This document shows, piece by piece, positions 10,978 through 19,871 of a DNA stretch of 46,532 nt. The stretch is from Propionibacteriaceae bacterium (GTDB lineage: Bacteria; Actinomycetota; Actinomycetes; Propionibacteriales; Propionibacteriaceae). Numbering within the stretch: the stretch's first letter is position 1; each line of letters begins with the position of its first letter. The position numbers and the translations under genes are program-made. The notes beneath the pieces are model-generated. The model was not told where the DNA came from and did not search any database. It saw only the letters and a program-made list of their open reading frames with translations. The stretch is taken from assembly GCA_035318105.1 (NCBI GenBank), contig DATHFM010000457.1, positions 1-46,532 of the forward strand. The letters run 5' to 3'.

Positions 10978-13823
10978 GTGACCACACCGCGGCGCATCGA
11001 TCGCACCAGCAGGCGGGCCGTTTCACGAAGCTCACCAGGACCGGCAGCATCGGCAATCTGTCCTGCGAAATCAGCAACCTGGCGGATCCAACGGACGAAG
11101 TCGCCCGCGGTGAGGTCGCTGCCCTGCAGCACGGCCTGCAGTCCTTGGCCAGCGGCCCAGCCGTATGCAACCTCGCTGAAGCCGATGTCAGGTTCTCCTC
11201 CTCGGTCCAACCGCGCGTCGCGCTCCACCAGTGACACCTCGCGCCAGATCCGGCGTACCTCCGTCATGGCCAGGTTCGTCCGGGCATCCGGCATCCGCGG
11301 CCTGCGACCTGCCTCATCAGACTTCCGCGCCTCAAAGACAAGGGATGCCAATACAGCGGCCAGCTGCGGATGGGTCAGGCCAGTGAAGACACCGGCGCGA
11401 ATGCACTCAGCAGCAACCAGGTCCAGCTCGGCATAGATCCGTGCCAGCATCTTGCCCTGCTCGCTGACCTCGCGACCGCCGTCTCCGGTGAGATAGCCGA
11501 GCGATTCCAGTACCAGGCAGATCTTGTCGAAGTGATTGGCGATGGTGTTGCTACGTGAGTTCATCCGAGCCTCTTGCCGGGCGTTTTCGCGTTCCAGCCG
11601 TTGCGCCCGCTCGGCCCATCGCAGATGCGTGTCACGGTCCGGGCAGCTGTGACAGGGATGCCGCTGCAGGGCGGCGCGAAGATGATCAAGTTTCGCGCGA
11701 GTCTCCGGATTGCCCAGGCCCCGGTGACGGCGGCCTTGATCAAGATCGATTTCGTTGACCCGGGACCGCAATGCCACCGCAAGATTACGACGCGACGTTG
11801 CATCTTTAGGATTGAAGTGCTTGCCGATCTTCATGCGGCCCCACACTTGCGGCGGTGTTGGAAAGTCAGCTAGGGACAGCCTTCGCACGTGGCGTTCTTC
11901 GGTAAGCACCAGTGGGCGTGGCGCCTCGTGATCATGACGCACCCCAGGATCGATGATCACCACCCAGCCCTGGCTCTTCCCGCTGGGCACTCGAACGATG
12001 TCACCAGGCTTCAAGATCGACAGCGTCTGCCATGCCTCGGCACGGCGGTCCGAGCGGCGCTCCCGGGCGGCTGACGCCTCAAGATCGGCAAGCTCTGCTC
12101 GCAAGCCCGCGTACCCGCGAAGGTCGCCCAGCTCGCAGGCCGCGGCAGCCCAGTAACCCTGGATTGCCTCCTCGTTCCGTGCCAAGGTACGGGCCGCCCC
12201 GACCACCGAGCGGTCTGACTGGAATTGCGCAAATGATTGCTCGAGCAACGTACGGGCACGCTCTCGTCCGACGCTTGCCACCAGATTCGCTGCCATGTTG
12301 TAGGTGGGCGCGAAGGACGACCGCAGCGGATAAGTGCGGCGCGATGCCAAACCAGCAACCGCCCGCGGATCGAGGCCGGGTTGCCAGAGCACCACGGCGT
12401 GACCCTCGACATCGATCCCGCGTCGCCCCGCGCGACCGGTCAGTTGGGTGTATTCACCCGGAGTGACGTCAGCGTGGGTTTCGCCGTCAAACTTCACCAG
12501 CTTCTCCAGCACCACGGACCGGGCCGGCATGTTGATGCCCAACGCCAATGTCTCGGTAGCGAAGACAACCTTTATCAGGCCGCGGACGAAGGCCTCCTCG
12601 ACGCACTCTTTGAACGCGGGCAACATGCCGGCATGATGTGCGGCCACGCCCAGACCGAGAGCCTCAGCGAAGCGGTCGTAGTCGAGCGCCTGCAGGTCGC
12701 CGTCAGAGAGTCCGGCGACGTGCCGCTCGATGATCGCCGCGATCTCCTGCTCTTCCAGGCGGCTGGTGAGCCGGATCCTGGACGCGAGCAGCTGCCGGAC
12801 GGCGGCATCACAGCCGACCCGGGAAAAGATAAACACAATCGCCGGCAAGAGCGCTTCCTCATCGAGCAACTCGACCAGCTCTGGGCGGCTCGGCACATGG
12901 AACGAGCGAGGCTGAGGGCCGGCGCCACCATAACGGGACCGGTGAGCGGCACCCCCGTACGCACCGCTGCCGTAGCTCACGGTGCGGCGCCCGCGTCCGC
13001 TCCTGCCACGCGGCCGCCGGGCATCGTCTCGTACCAACCTCGATTCCTCCCTCGCAATCCTGATCAGCGCAGGGTTGACCTCGATCTTGCCTTCGCCGGG
13101 CATCTCACGCGCAGTGGGCGCGAGCTCGGCGAACAGATCGTAGAGGGTACGGCCCACCAGAACGTGCTGGAACAACGGCACTGGCCGTCGTTCCGACACG
13201 ACCACCGCCATCTCGCCACGCATCTCTGACAACCACTCGCCGAACTCCTCGGCGTTGCTCACCGTTGCCGAGAGCGCCACCAACTGGATGGAGTCGGCGA
13301 GACCGATGATCACCTCTTCCCAGACGGCACCCCGAAACCGGTCAGCCAAGTAGTGCACTTCGTCCAGCACCACGTAACCGAGGTTGGCCAGCGTGGATGA
13401 CCTCGCATAAATCATGTTGCGCAGCACTTCGGTGGTCATCACCACGATCGGCGCCTCCGAGTTGATCGAGGTGTCACCGGTAAGCAAGCCGACGCTGACG
13501 GCGCCGTGGCGCCGGACCAAGTCGGCGTACTTCTGATTCGAGAGGGCCTTGATCGGAGTGGTGTAGAAGCACTTGCGACCGTTGTTGAGCGCCAGGAAGA
13601 CCGCGAATTCGCCAACGATCGTCTTGCCTGACCCCGTTGGCGCAGCGACGAGCACTCCTGAGCCCGCCTCAATGTGCGCACACGCTTCCCGTTGGTAGTC
13701 ATCGAATCCGAACCCATAGCCGTCAGCGAAGGCGGTCAGGAATGGTGAGGCCTGCCTCTGCCGGAACGTCGCATATGCCTCGGCGGGGGTCCGGGTTTCG
13801 GGGTCGATCGACGGCTCGGCCAT
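10917..13823 (-). CDS. helY: Ski2-like DEAD/DEAH-box RNA helicase HelY
   Basis: APTGSGKT, PIKALSNQK, DEVH, LSAT, ATETLALGINMPA, TGRAGRRG, C-terminal GDFVRW. Usual position after tatC/DAGK. Confidence 0.93.
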   Translation of the reverse strand: MAEPSIDPETRTPAEAYATFRQRQASPFLTAFADGYGFGFDDYQREACAHIEAGSGVLVAAPTGSGKTIVGEFAVFLALNNGRKCFYTTPIKALSNQKYADLVRRHGAVSVGLLTGDTSINSEAPIVVMTTEVLRNMIYARSSTLANLGYVVLDEVHYLADRFRGAVWEEVIIGLADSIQLVALSATVSNAEEFGEWLSEMRGEMAVVVSERRPVPLFQHVLVGRTLYDLFAELAPTAREMPGEGKIEVNPALIRIAREESRLVRDDARRPRGRSGRGRRTVSYGSGAYGGAAHRSRYGGAGPQPRSFHVPSRPELVELLDEEALLPAIVFIFSRVGCDAAVRQLLASRIRLTSRLEEQEIAAIIERHVAGLSDGDLQALDYDRFAEALGLGVAAHHAGMLPAFKECVEEAFVRGLIKVVFATETLALGINMPARSVVLEKLVKFDGETHADVTPGEYTQLTGRAGRRGIDVEGHAVVLWQPGLDPRAVAGLASRRTYPLRSSFAPTYNMAANLVASVGRERARTLLEQSFAQFQSDRSVVGAARTLARNEEAIQGYWAAAACELGDLRGYAGLRAELADLEASAARERRSDRRAEAWQTLSILKPGDIVRVPSGKSQGWVVIIDPGVRHDHEAPRPLVLTEERHVRRLSLADFPTPPQVWGRMKIGKHFNPKDATSRRNLAVALRSRVNEIDLDQGRRHRGLGNPETRAKLDHLRAALQRHPCHSCPDRDTHLRWAERAQRLERENARQEARMNSRSNTIANHFDKICLVLESLGYLTGDGGREVSEQGKMLARIYAELDLVAAECIRAGVFTGLTHPQLAAVLASLVFEARKSDEAGRRPRMPDARTNLAMTEVRRIWREVSLVERDARLDRGGEPDIGFSEVAYGWAAGQGLQAVLQGSDLTAGDFVRWIRQVADFAGQIADAAGPGELRETARLLVRSMRRGVVTYAPEMDSDEGDDLTGADLP

Positions 13824-13902
13824 GATGCGGCCCAAATTACCCCGCCAGCGCGAGTCACATTCGCGGCACGGACCTCCTCGAACGCCCTCTGCGAGCGGCC
13901 AT

Positions 13903-13980
13903 GCGGGCTGAGCCCTTCGACGAGCTCAGGACGGCGCTTGTCGAAGCCCAATCCGCGCCCCTTCGACAAGCTCAGGGCGC
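13903..13980. repeat. REP-like palindromic cluster (CCCTTCGAC[A/G]AGCTCAGG type)
   Basis: Two copies at 13913-13930 and 13959-13976. GCTTGTCGAAG (13936-13946) pairs perfectly with CTTCGACAAGC (13961-13971). Confidence 0.8.
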
Positions 13981-13983
13981 AAA

Positions 13984-14889
13984 CTAACGAGCTGTGTGTG
14001 GGGTGAACACGGGCAGCGCGCGTGGCACGCAGCACACTGTCAGCGGGGCGGCAGCGATCATCTCGCCATCGCCGAAACCGATCAGACCAGGTCCTTCGAC
14101 TGTCACCTCGCGAACACGCAGCAGCTCGACGCACGGATCGCGTACGAACCTTCCCGAGTAGATCTGCGGGAAGAGTCTCAGCAACTTCAGCCGCCCGACT
14201 GGATGGATGATCGTGACATCGAGCAGACCGTCGTAGAGGTCGGCTCTGGGGCAGATGAGCATGCCGCCGCCGTAGGAGCTGGTGTTGCCAATCGCCACCA
14301 GCATCGCTGGCAGCTCGCGCACCTCTCCATCGAGGGTCAACCGGTACCGCAAGGGCGAGAACACCCGCAGCTCGGCCATGGTCGCCACTGCATACCGACT
14401 CGAGCCTCTGGGCCAGTGCATCTGGTTTGCCCGTCGATTCACGAGGGCGTCAAAGCCGGTCGCGAGCACTGCTCCAACATAGGTGTCGCCCACCCGAGCA
14501 AGATCGATAAAGCGGCCGTAGCCGGTGGCGATGAGCGCCGCCGCGGCCACGGCGTCCTGCGGGTCGAGCCCTATGCCGCGGCACAAGTCATTGCCGGTTC
14601 CAGCAGGGATCAGCCCCAGCGTTGTCCGGCTGTCACCGGACAGATGCGCCGCTGCCACGGTGTTGACGCCCAAGTGCGTCATACCGTCGCCACCCATCAC
14701 CGCGAGCACGTCGGCGCCGTCCTGGATCGCGTGGCGAGTCATCGACTGCGCCTCGGCGAAATCACGGCTCAGCAGGATCTCAAGCTCCGCGCCGCCATCA
14801 CGCAGCGTGCCGGTGACACGCGGCAGCAGCTCCAGAGCACGCCCTTTCCCGGCGGCTGGATTAACCACCAACCTGATCTGCCGGCTCAC
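13984..14889 (-). CDS. diacylglycerol/lipid kinase family protein
   Basis: VVNPAAGKG, MGGDG, PAGTGND, GNTSSYGGGM, GDGE. Confidence 0.93.
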   Translation of the reverse strand: MSRQIRLVVNPAAGKGRALELLPRVTGTLRDGGAELEILLSRDFAEAQSMTRHAIQDGADVLAVMGGDGMTHLGVNTVAAAHLSGDSRTTLGLIPAGTGNDLCRGIGLDPQDAVAAAALIATGYGRFIDLARVGDTYVGAVLATGFDALVNRRANQMHWPRGSSRYAVATMAELRVFSPLRYRLTLDGEVRELPAMLVAIGNTSSYGGGMLICPRADLYDGLLDVTIIHPVGRLKLLRLFPQIYSGRFVRDPCVELLRVREVTVEGPGLIGFGDGEMIAAAPLTVCCVPRALPVFTPHTAR

Positions 14890-15812
14890 CCTGGGGGGTC
14901 GAACTCGATGTCGTCCTTGGCCTTGGAGAGTTCGCGCAGCGCCTGGTCTCTTTCGACACTGCCACGTATGAGCAGGTCATCGCCGGCGAGCGCGGCGCGC
15001 CGGGCCCTACGGCGGTCCAGTATGTGCGCGATGACCTCTGCCGCGAGGAACAGCACCGTCATTGGCGCGGCAAGGGCGAGCATGGAAAACGGATCGGTGG
15101 AGGGAGTCGCTATCGCGCCGAAGACGAAGGTCCCGAAGATCACCAAGGTTCGGTACTTCGCCAGAGTCGTAGCCTTGACGACTCCCACAATGTTCAAGAT
15201 CAAGACCACGAGCGGGACCAGGAAGGCGATCCCGAAGACCAACATGAGGCGCAGCAGGAAGGAAAGATAGGCGTTGATGTCCTGGAGGTTGGTCACTCCG
15301 CTCTGGGTGAAGCTGAGCAGTACGGTGATGGCCTTCGGCAAGACGACATAGCCGACGACCACGCCGCCGACGAACATCGGCGTGGCCACGCCGATGAAGA
15401 TCAGCGCCCACTTCTTCTCCTTGGCCAGCAGGCCAGGGACGATGAACGCCCACAGCTGGTACAGCCAGATGGGTGCGGTGAGCAGCGCCCCGGCCAAGGC
15501 TGAAACTTTCAAGGCCAAGGTGAGCGGCGAGGTCAGATTGATGTTGACCAAAGACGTGTCCGCGTCCGGATTCTTGGCCTTCAAGTCCTCGATGGCCTCG
15601 AAGTACGGCCGTTCCAGGATGTCCATCAGTGGGTCGCGGAAGAACCATGCAATGACCATCCCGACGATAATCGCGAGCGCGGCGACCACCAGCCGGTACC
15701 GGAGTTCGCGCAGGTGCTCGAACAGGGTCATGCTGCCGTCTGGCGGTGCTGGCGGCGGCCTGAGCCACTTCAAGCTGAAGCGGATGGGCCGGCCCTTGAT
15801 CGTCAAAGACAC
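14886..15812 (-). CDS. tatC: twin-arginine translocase subunit TatC
   Basis: MTLFEHLRELRYRL, YQLWAFIVPGL, ATPSTDPFSM. Confidence 0.96.
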   Translation of the reverse strand: MSLTIKGRPIRFSLKWLRPPPAPPDGSMTLFEHLRELRYRLVVAALAIIVGMVIAWFFRDPLMDILERPYFEAIEDLKAKNPDADTSLVNINLTSPLTLALKVSALAGALLTAPIWLYQLWAFIVPGLLAKEKKWALIFIGVATPMFVGGVVVGYVVLPKAITVLLSFTQSGVTNLQDINAYLSFLLRLMLVFGIAFLVPLVVLILNIVGVVKATTLAKYRTLVIFGTFVFGAIATPSTDPFSMLALAAPMTVLFLAAEVIAHILDRRRARRAALAGDDLLIRGSVERDQALRELSKAKDDIEFDPPG

Positions 15813-15831
15813 GGCAGCTCAGGGCATACGG

Positions 15832-16176
15832 TCAGGCGTCGTTGCGCAGGTCGGTGCCTGATGGATCTTGGTTGGCCCGCGGGGGCTGCTGGTAGCTGGC
15901 CCCACTGGGTGGCTGCGCTGAGGTATTCGCCTGCGGCGGCGGCTGGTAGTCGTTGGTCGGCGCCGCACCGACGACCCCAGGTCCTGGGTTGGGAGGCGGA
16001 GGCTGCTGCTGATTCTCATCGGCCTTGAGCCCCTTGGTCTCCTCCTTGAACTCCCGCAGCGCACGCCCGGTGCTCTTGCCCAGGCCTGCCAAGCGTGCGC
16101 CGCCGAAGAGCAGTAGCACAACGGCCAGGATGATCAGCAGCTCTGGGACGCCAAGACCAAGTACGAGCGGAGTCAT
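15832..16176 (-). CDS. tatA: twin-arginine translocase TatA/E subunit
   Basis: ELLIILAVVLLLFGG..L..LGKSTGRALREFK plus a Pro/Gln-rich tail. SD-like GAAAGAGGA before the ATG at 16176. Confidence 0.92.
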   Translation of the reverse strand: MTPLVLGLGVPELLIILAVVLLLFGGARLAGLGKSTGRALREFKEETKGLKADENQQQPPPPNPGPGVVGAAPTNDYQPPPQANTSAQPPSGASYQQPPRANQDPSGTDLRNDA

Positions 16177-16215
16177 GATTCCTCTTTCCTGCACCTCAAG
16201 TGCTTCGGAGTCATC

Positions 16216-16458
16216 CTACGTCGCGGATGCCTCGTCGATCTCCCCAGAGATCAGGTGATCGTTGGGCCAGGCTGGTCTGAAGTCACGGTCTGGAACCTGG
16301 ATCTGCTCCATCAGATCGGCGAATTCAGCCGCCCTCCGCGCCAGCATGTCCACCTCGCTCCAGACGTCTGCTGCCTTGTGTGCCAGCCACACCGCATAGC
16401 TGATGCACATGATGAGTCCCGCCAGCGCGATGCCGGCGAATACGATCACCCAGACCAT
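16216..16458 (-). CDS. small membrane-anchored hypothetical protein
   Basis: 80 aa, N-terminal TM helix then a helical segment. TAGGGT-N6-ATG. Fills the pafC-tatA gap. Confidence 0.7.
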   Translation of the reverse strand: MVWVIVFAGIALAGLIMCISYAVWLAHKAADVWSEVDMLARRAAEFADLMEQIQVPDRDFRPAWPNDHLISGEIDEASAT

Positions 16459-16484
16459 CCCTGAACCCTACCGTGGATGGCGTT

Positions 16485-17480
16485 CTAGCTGGCCTCGCTG
16501 ACGGCGCCGGCGGTCGTCCCAAGCAGCACCTCGTACTGGTCAAGGGCCTCTCGTGCTGCCTCAGCAGCCGAGTCGCCGGCACCCTCCGGCGATAGCACTC
16601 GTGCCGCGCCCTGCAGCCTTAACAGCAGGCTTTGTAACCAGGCTGGGTCTGTAACGTGCAGCAAGACGATGAGAACACCGTTGGGACGCGTCGTGACTGC
16701 CTCTGTCGGGTAATACTCCGCTATCCAGGCGGCCGAGGGCTGCAACTCCAAAGTGACCAGTGGAGCGTCCTTGAGAGCTTCGAACCATCCGGTCGACAGA
16801 TCCTTGAGCTGGACCTCGTGCGGCGTCACATCGATCGAGGTGACATCGACCGCCGCGATTCGATCGAGACGGAAGGTCCGCAGCGCACGGGCGCTGTAAC
16901 ACCAGGCCTCAAGATAGCCGTAGCCGTCCAAGACGAAGACCCGTAAGGGGTCGACCATCCGACGTGTGGTCTCCGCACGGGAAGCTACGTCGTAGGTTAA
17001 GTCCAGCCTCTTGCCGCGCTGCAGCCCGTCGTTCACCCGCGCCTGAATGTCATCTCGCGCCGCGGTGACAGCGACCGTGGCCTGATCAGTGGTAGGCACA
17101 TTTCCCGCGACGGCCTCCAGCTTCTTCAACGCCCGGTCGACGGTGTCGCGCTTACCGGGTCCGGCTATTCCGCGCAGCGTACGCAGCGCTAGCACAAGCG
17201 CGAGCGCCTCGTCGGCGGAGAGCCGTAACGGCCGGGTGAGGTAGTCGGCGTTGCTCAGGTGGATGACACCCTCGCCGTCCACCGCATCCATGTCGATGTC
17301 GATGAGGTCGCCGGGGGTGAGTCCCGGCATGCCGCACATCCAAAGGACGCTGAGATCCTCGCGCAATGTCTTCAGCGTGATACCGAACGCTGCCGCGACA
17401 TCGGTCATGGCCACGCCGTCGTGTTCGCGTAGGTAGGGAACGAGGCTGAGCAGCCGGCGTACCTGAGCCCGAGAAGTCAC
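16485..17480 (-). CDS. pafC: WYL-domain transcriptional regulator PafC
   Basis: N-terminal HTH (RLLSLVPYL), WMCGMPG..PGDLID, YLEAWC, RTFRLDRI. Overlaps the pafB stop. Confidence 0.92.
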   Translation of the reverse strand: MTSRAQVRRLLSLVPYLREHDGVAMTDVAAAFGITLKTLREDLSVLWMCGMPGLTPGDLIDIDMDAVDGEGVIHLSNADYLTRPLRLSADEALALVLALRTLRGIAGPGKRDTVDRALKKLEAVAGNVPTTDQATVAVTAARDDIQARVNDGLQRGKRLDLTYDVASRAETTRRMVDPLRVFVLDGYGYLEAWCYSARALRTFRLDRIAAVDVTSIDVTPHEVQLKDLSTGWFEALKDAPLVTLELQPSAAWIAEYYPTEAVTTRPNGVLIVLLHVTDPAWLQSLLLRLQGAARVLSPEGAGDSAAEAAREALDQYEVLLGTTAGAVSEAS

Positions 17481-18439
17481 GCTGCTGCCACCGATTCAGC
17501 GACTGCCGTCAGGCCTCGAATGACCAGCTCTCGCAGCTCGGCGGGCTCCAGAACCACGACATCCGCGGCGTACTGGGTGATCTCCTCCGCGGCTGAATGG
17601 AGATCGCCAAAGCCCACGGCATATACTCCGAACCCGGCTGGAAGCTGAGCATCGGAAGTGGTCGGCTCGCCACGCCGAGCCAGGGCCGGCGCCTTGCCGG
17701 TACGAATCGCGAGTACCGCGGTCTCAGTCGGCTCCCGCGGCGCAAGTGATCGAGCCAGCCTCCGCAGGTCGAGGTCGGCCGGAACCTGGTACGACCCTGC
17801 TCGGGAAACCCTTCGTGGCAAATCGGTCATTCGCGACAGCTTGAACATCCGGGTGGCCGCCCGATCGACATCACGACCGATCACGTACCAGCGGCCCCGG
17901 AATGAGGTCAAACCCCAAGGTTCGAGGGTGCGCGGGCTGCCGTCGCGATAAGTGAAGCTCACCCGGGCACGGTCGAGTACGGCGTTCCAGAGCACTTCGA
18001 ACCCTGGCTCAGAGGCCTGAACCGATGGCTCGAGGGAAGCAAGCTGGGAGGCGTCCGGCTCGACACCCGCGGCGCGTAGCTTGGCGATTGCGCTTCTCGT
18101 CGACTCGGCCATGCTCGCGTGCCGCCAGACGCGCGCGGCCACGCCCACCACAGCAGCTTCCTCAGCGTCCAGGTCGATCGCCGGTAAGGCAAACTCCGAG
18201 GAGAGGATCCGATACCCCGGCTCGTCATCGAAAAGCGGGTCGAAGCTGCCAACCTCGATCGGCACGCCTAGCGACCGCAGCTCGTCCTTGTCACGCTCAA
18301 AAGTGCGTTCGAACGCTGCGTCGCTGAGATTGTGATAGCCCTCCACCGCTTCGCGAATCCGGGTCTTGGGAAGATAGCGGCCCGATACCAGTAAGCAGAT
18401 GGTGAGGTTGAGAATTCTCTCGGTCTTGCGGGGTGCCAT
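17477..18439 (-). CDS. pafB: WYL-domain transcriptional regulator PafB
   Basis: ERILNLTICLL, AFERTFERDKDELRSLGVP, EPWG, GRWYVIGRD, FKLSR. Confidence 0.93.
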   Translation of the reverse strand: MAPRKTERILNLTICLLVSGRYLPKTRIREAVEGYHNLSDAAFERTFERDKDELRSLGVPIEVGSFDPLFDDEPGYRILSSEFALPAIDLDAEEAAVVGVAARVWRHASMAESTRSAIAKLRAAGVEPDASQLASLEPSVQASEPGFEVLWNAVLDRARVSFTYRDGSPRTLEPWGLTSFRGRWYVIGRDVDRAATRMFKLSRMTDLPRRVSRAGSYQVPADLDLRRLARSLAPREPTETAVLAIRTGKAPALARRGEPTTSDAQLPAGFGVYAVGFGDLHSAAEEITQYAADVVVLEPAELRELVIRGLTAVAESVAAA

Positions 18440-18476
18440 TGCGTGCGATCACTTTCTCACCGGAGCCTCGATGAGC

Positions 18477-18500
18477 ACGGTACCAGCAGATGTCTGACAT
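18477..18500 (-). promoter_or_regulatory. candidate pafB promoter (TGTCAG-N11-TACCGT) overlapping palindrome ATGTC-N-GACAT
   Basis: Read directly upstream of pafB. The -10-like TACCGT is at 18482-18477. Confidence 0.4.
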
Positions 18501-18571
18501 GCCGGCCAGCTTCGCGGGCGCTTCGTCAGATGATCGCTCCCGACTCTCAGAGCGACACCGGCGGCGCCAAT

Positions 18572-18719
18572 CCCTGAAAGTTCACTCCAGCGGAACGGCT
18601 GGGTAGAGACTTACGCGCTCAGCGTGAACTGCCGGGGCCGCGTCGCGCTGGAGTGAAGTTCACAGCTCGCCGCTGGGGCTGGTGCTCGCTAGGCTCGCGC
18701 AATTCTTTGGGTTTCAGGG
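18572..18719. repeat. nested inverted-repeat element between divergent pafB and DUF3866
   Basis: CCCTGAAA (18572-18579) pairs with TTTCAGGG (18712-18719). Inner TTCACTCCAGCG (18581-18592) pairs with CGCTGGAGTGAA (18646-18657). Confidence 0.6.
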
Positions 18720-18735
18720 GTCTAAGGTCGTGCAC

Positions 18736-19845
18736 GTGATCATTTGGGCTGACGGCACGGTGACCGCCCTGCGCGGACAGTGGAAGGGGGCGGTCGAGCT
18801 GACCGTGGCGCGGGGTGACGAAACCGCAGTGGAGGTCCCCGCCCTCGCCTACACCGACCTGATGGCTGCGCCCGCGATCGGCGATCGGGTCTTATTGAAT
18901 GTCGCAGCCCTGGAACGCGGCCTGGGCACCGGCGGCTACGCGCTGGTGATCGCTGTCTTGGACGCTGAGGGCAGAGTGGCCGCGCAGCCGCCGCAGCCGA
19001 GCGGGCATCTGGTCAAAGCGCGTTATCTGCCGCTGCAAGCCATGGTGGCGGGAGCCGATGAGCAGGGCTCCCCGCACCATGAGCTGCTCGCCGACGCTGA
19101 TTCGATCGACGGGATGCCGGTTGTCGTCGCCGATTTGCACTCGGCCCTAGCGCCAATCCTGCTTGCCGTCGCTGACGACCGTCCCAGCACCCGGACCGTC
19201 TATGTGATGAGCGATCAAGGTGCATTGCCGCTGGCGTTCTCGCGGTCTGTGGCGGAGCTCCGGGCCAGCGGCTTACTCGCGGGAACTGTGACCGTTGGTC
19301 AAGCGTTCGGTGGTGATCTCGAGGCAGTGAGCTTGCACTCCGGCCTTCTCGCGGCCCGCCTCGCGCTCGACGCCGAGATCGTCGTGGTGAGTCAAGGGCC
19401 GGGAAACCTCGGCACCGGGACCCGCTGGGGATTCTCCGGTGTCATTGCCGGAGAGGCGATCAATGCTGCCGCGGTGCTCGGCGGCCGTCCGGTGGGAACC
19501 TTACGCATCTCCGGAGCAGACTCCCGGCAGCGGCATCGCGGCGTTTCCCATCACAGCCTCACCGCGTACGGCCGGGTTGCGCTCTGCCAGGCCGACATTG
19601 CGGTACCGGACCTGGCCAGCGACGGATCGCCCGCAATGATCGAGCTGGCCAGCGCTGTCGCGGCTGGCCTGGGGCAGCTCTCTCGGCACCAGCTGATCAC
19701 GGTCGATCTCACTGGACTCAGAACAGTTCTCGCGGCCTCGCCGATCCGCCTCTCCAGCATGGGCCGCGGCCTCGACGAGGATCCCGGTTACTTTCTGGCT
19801 GCCGCCGCTGCGGGGCGCCACGCCGCCGCGCTTCTCGATTCCTGA
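18736..19845 (+). CDS. DUF3866-family protein
   Basis: LGTGGYA, GHLVKARYLPLQ, LHSAL, TVGQAFGGDLEAV, GPGNLGTGTRWGFSG, SSMGRG. TAAGGT-N7-GTG start. Confidence 0.85.
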   Translation: MIIWADGTVTALRGQWKGAVELTVARGDETAVEVPALAYTDLMAAPAIGDRVLLNVAALERGLGTGGYALVIAVLDAEGRVAAQPPQPSGHLVKARYLPLQAMVAGADEQGSPHHELLADADSIDGMPVVVADLHSALAPILLAVADDRPSTRTVYVMSDQGALPLAFSRSVAELRASGLLAGTVTVGQAFGGDLEAVSLHSGLLAARLALDAEIVVVSQGPGNLGTGTRWGFSGVIAGEAINAAAVLGGRPVGTLRISGADSRQRHRGVSHHSLTAYGRVALCQADIAVPDLASDGSPAMIELASAVAAGLGQLSRHQLITVDLTGLRTVLAASPIRLSSMGRGLDEDPGYFLAAAAAGRHAAALLDS

Positions 19846-19871
19846 GCAAACGGGTGCAATAGAAACAGGGC

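Noticed and set aside
16485-18439. WYL pair as an anti-phage system regulator
   Set aside because: Motifs and pafA/tat context identify PafBC. No defence genes adjacent.
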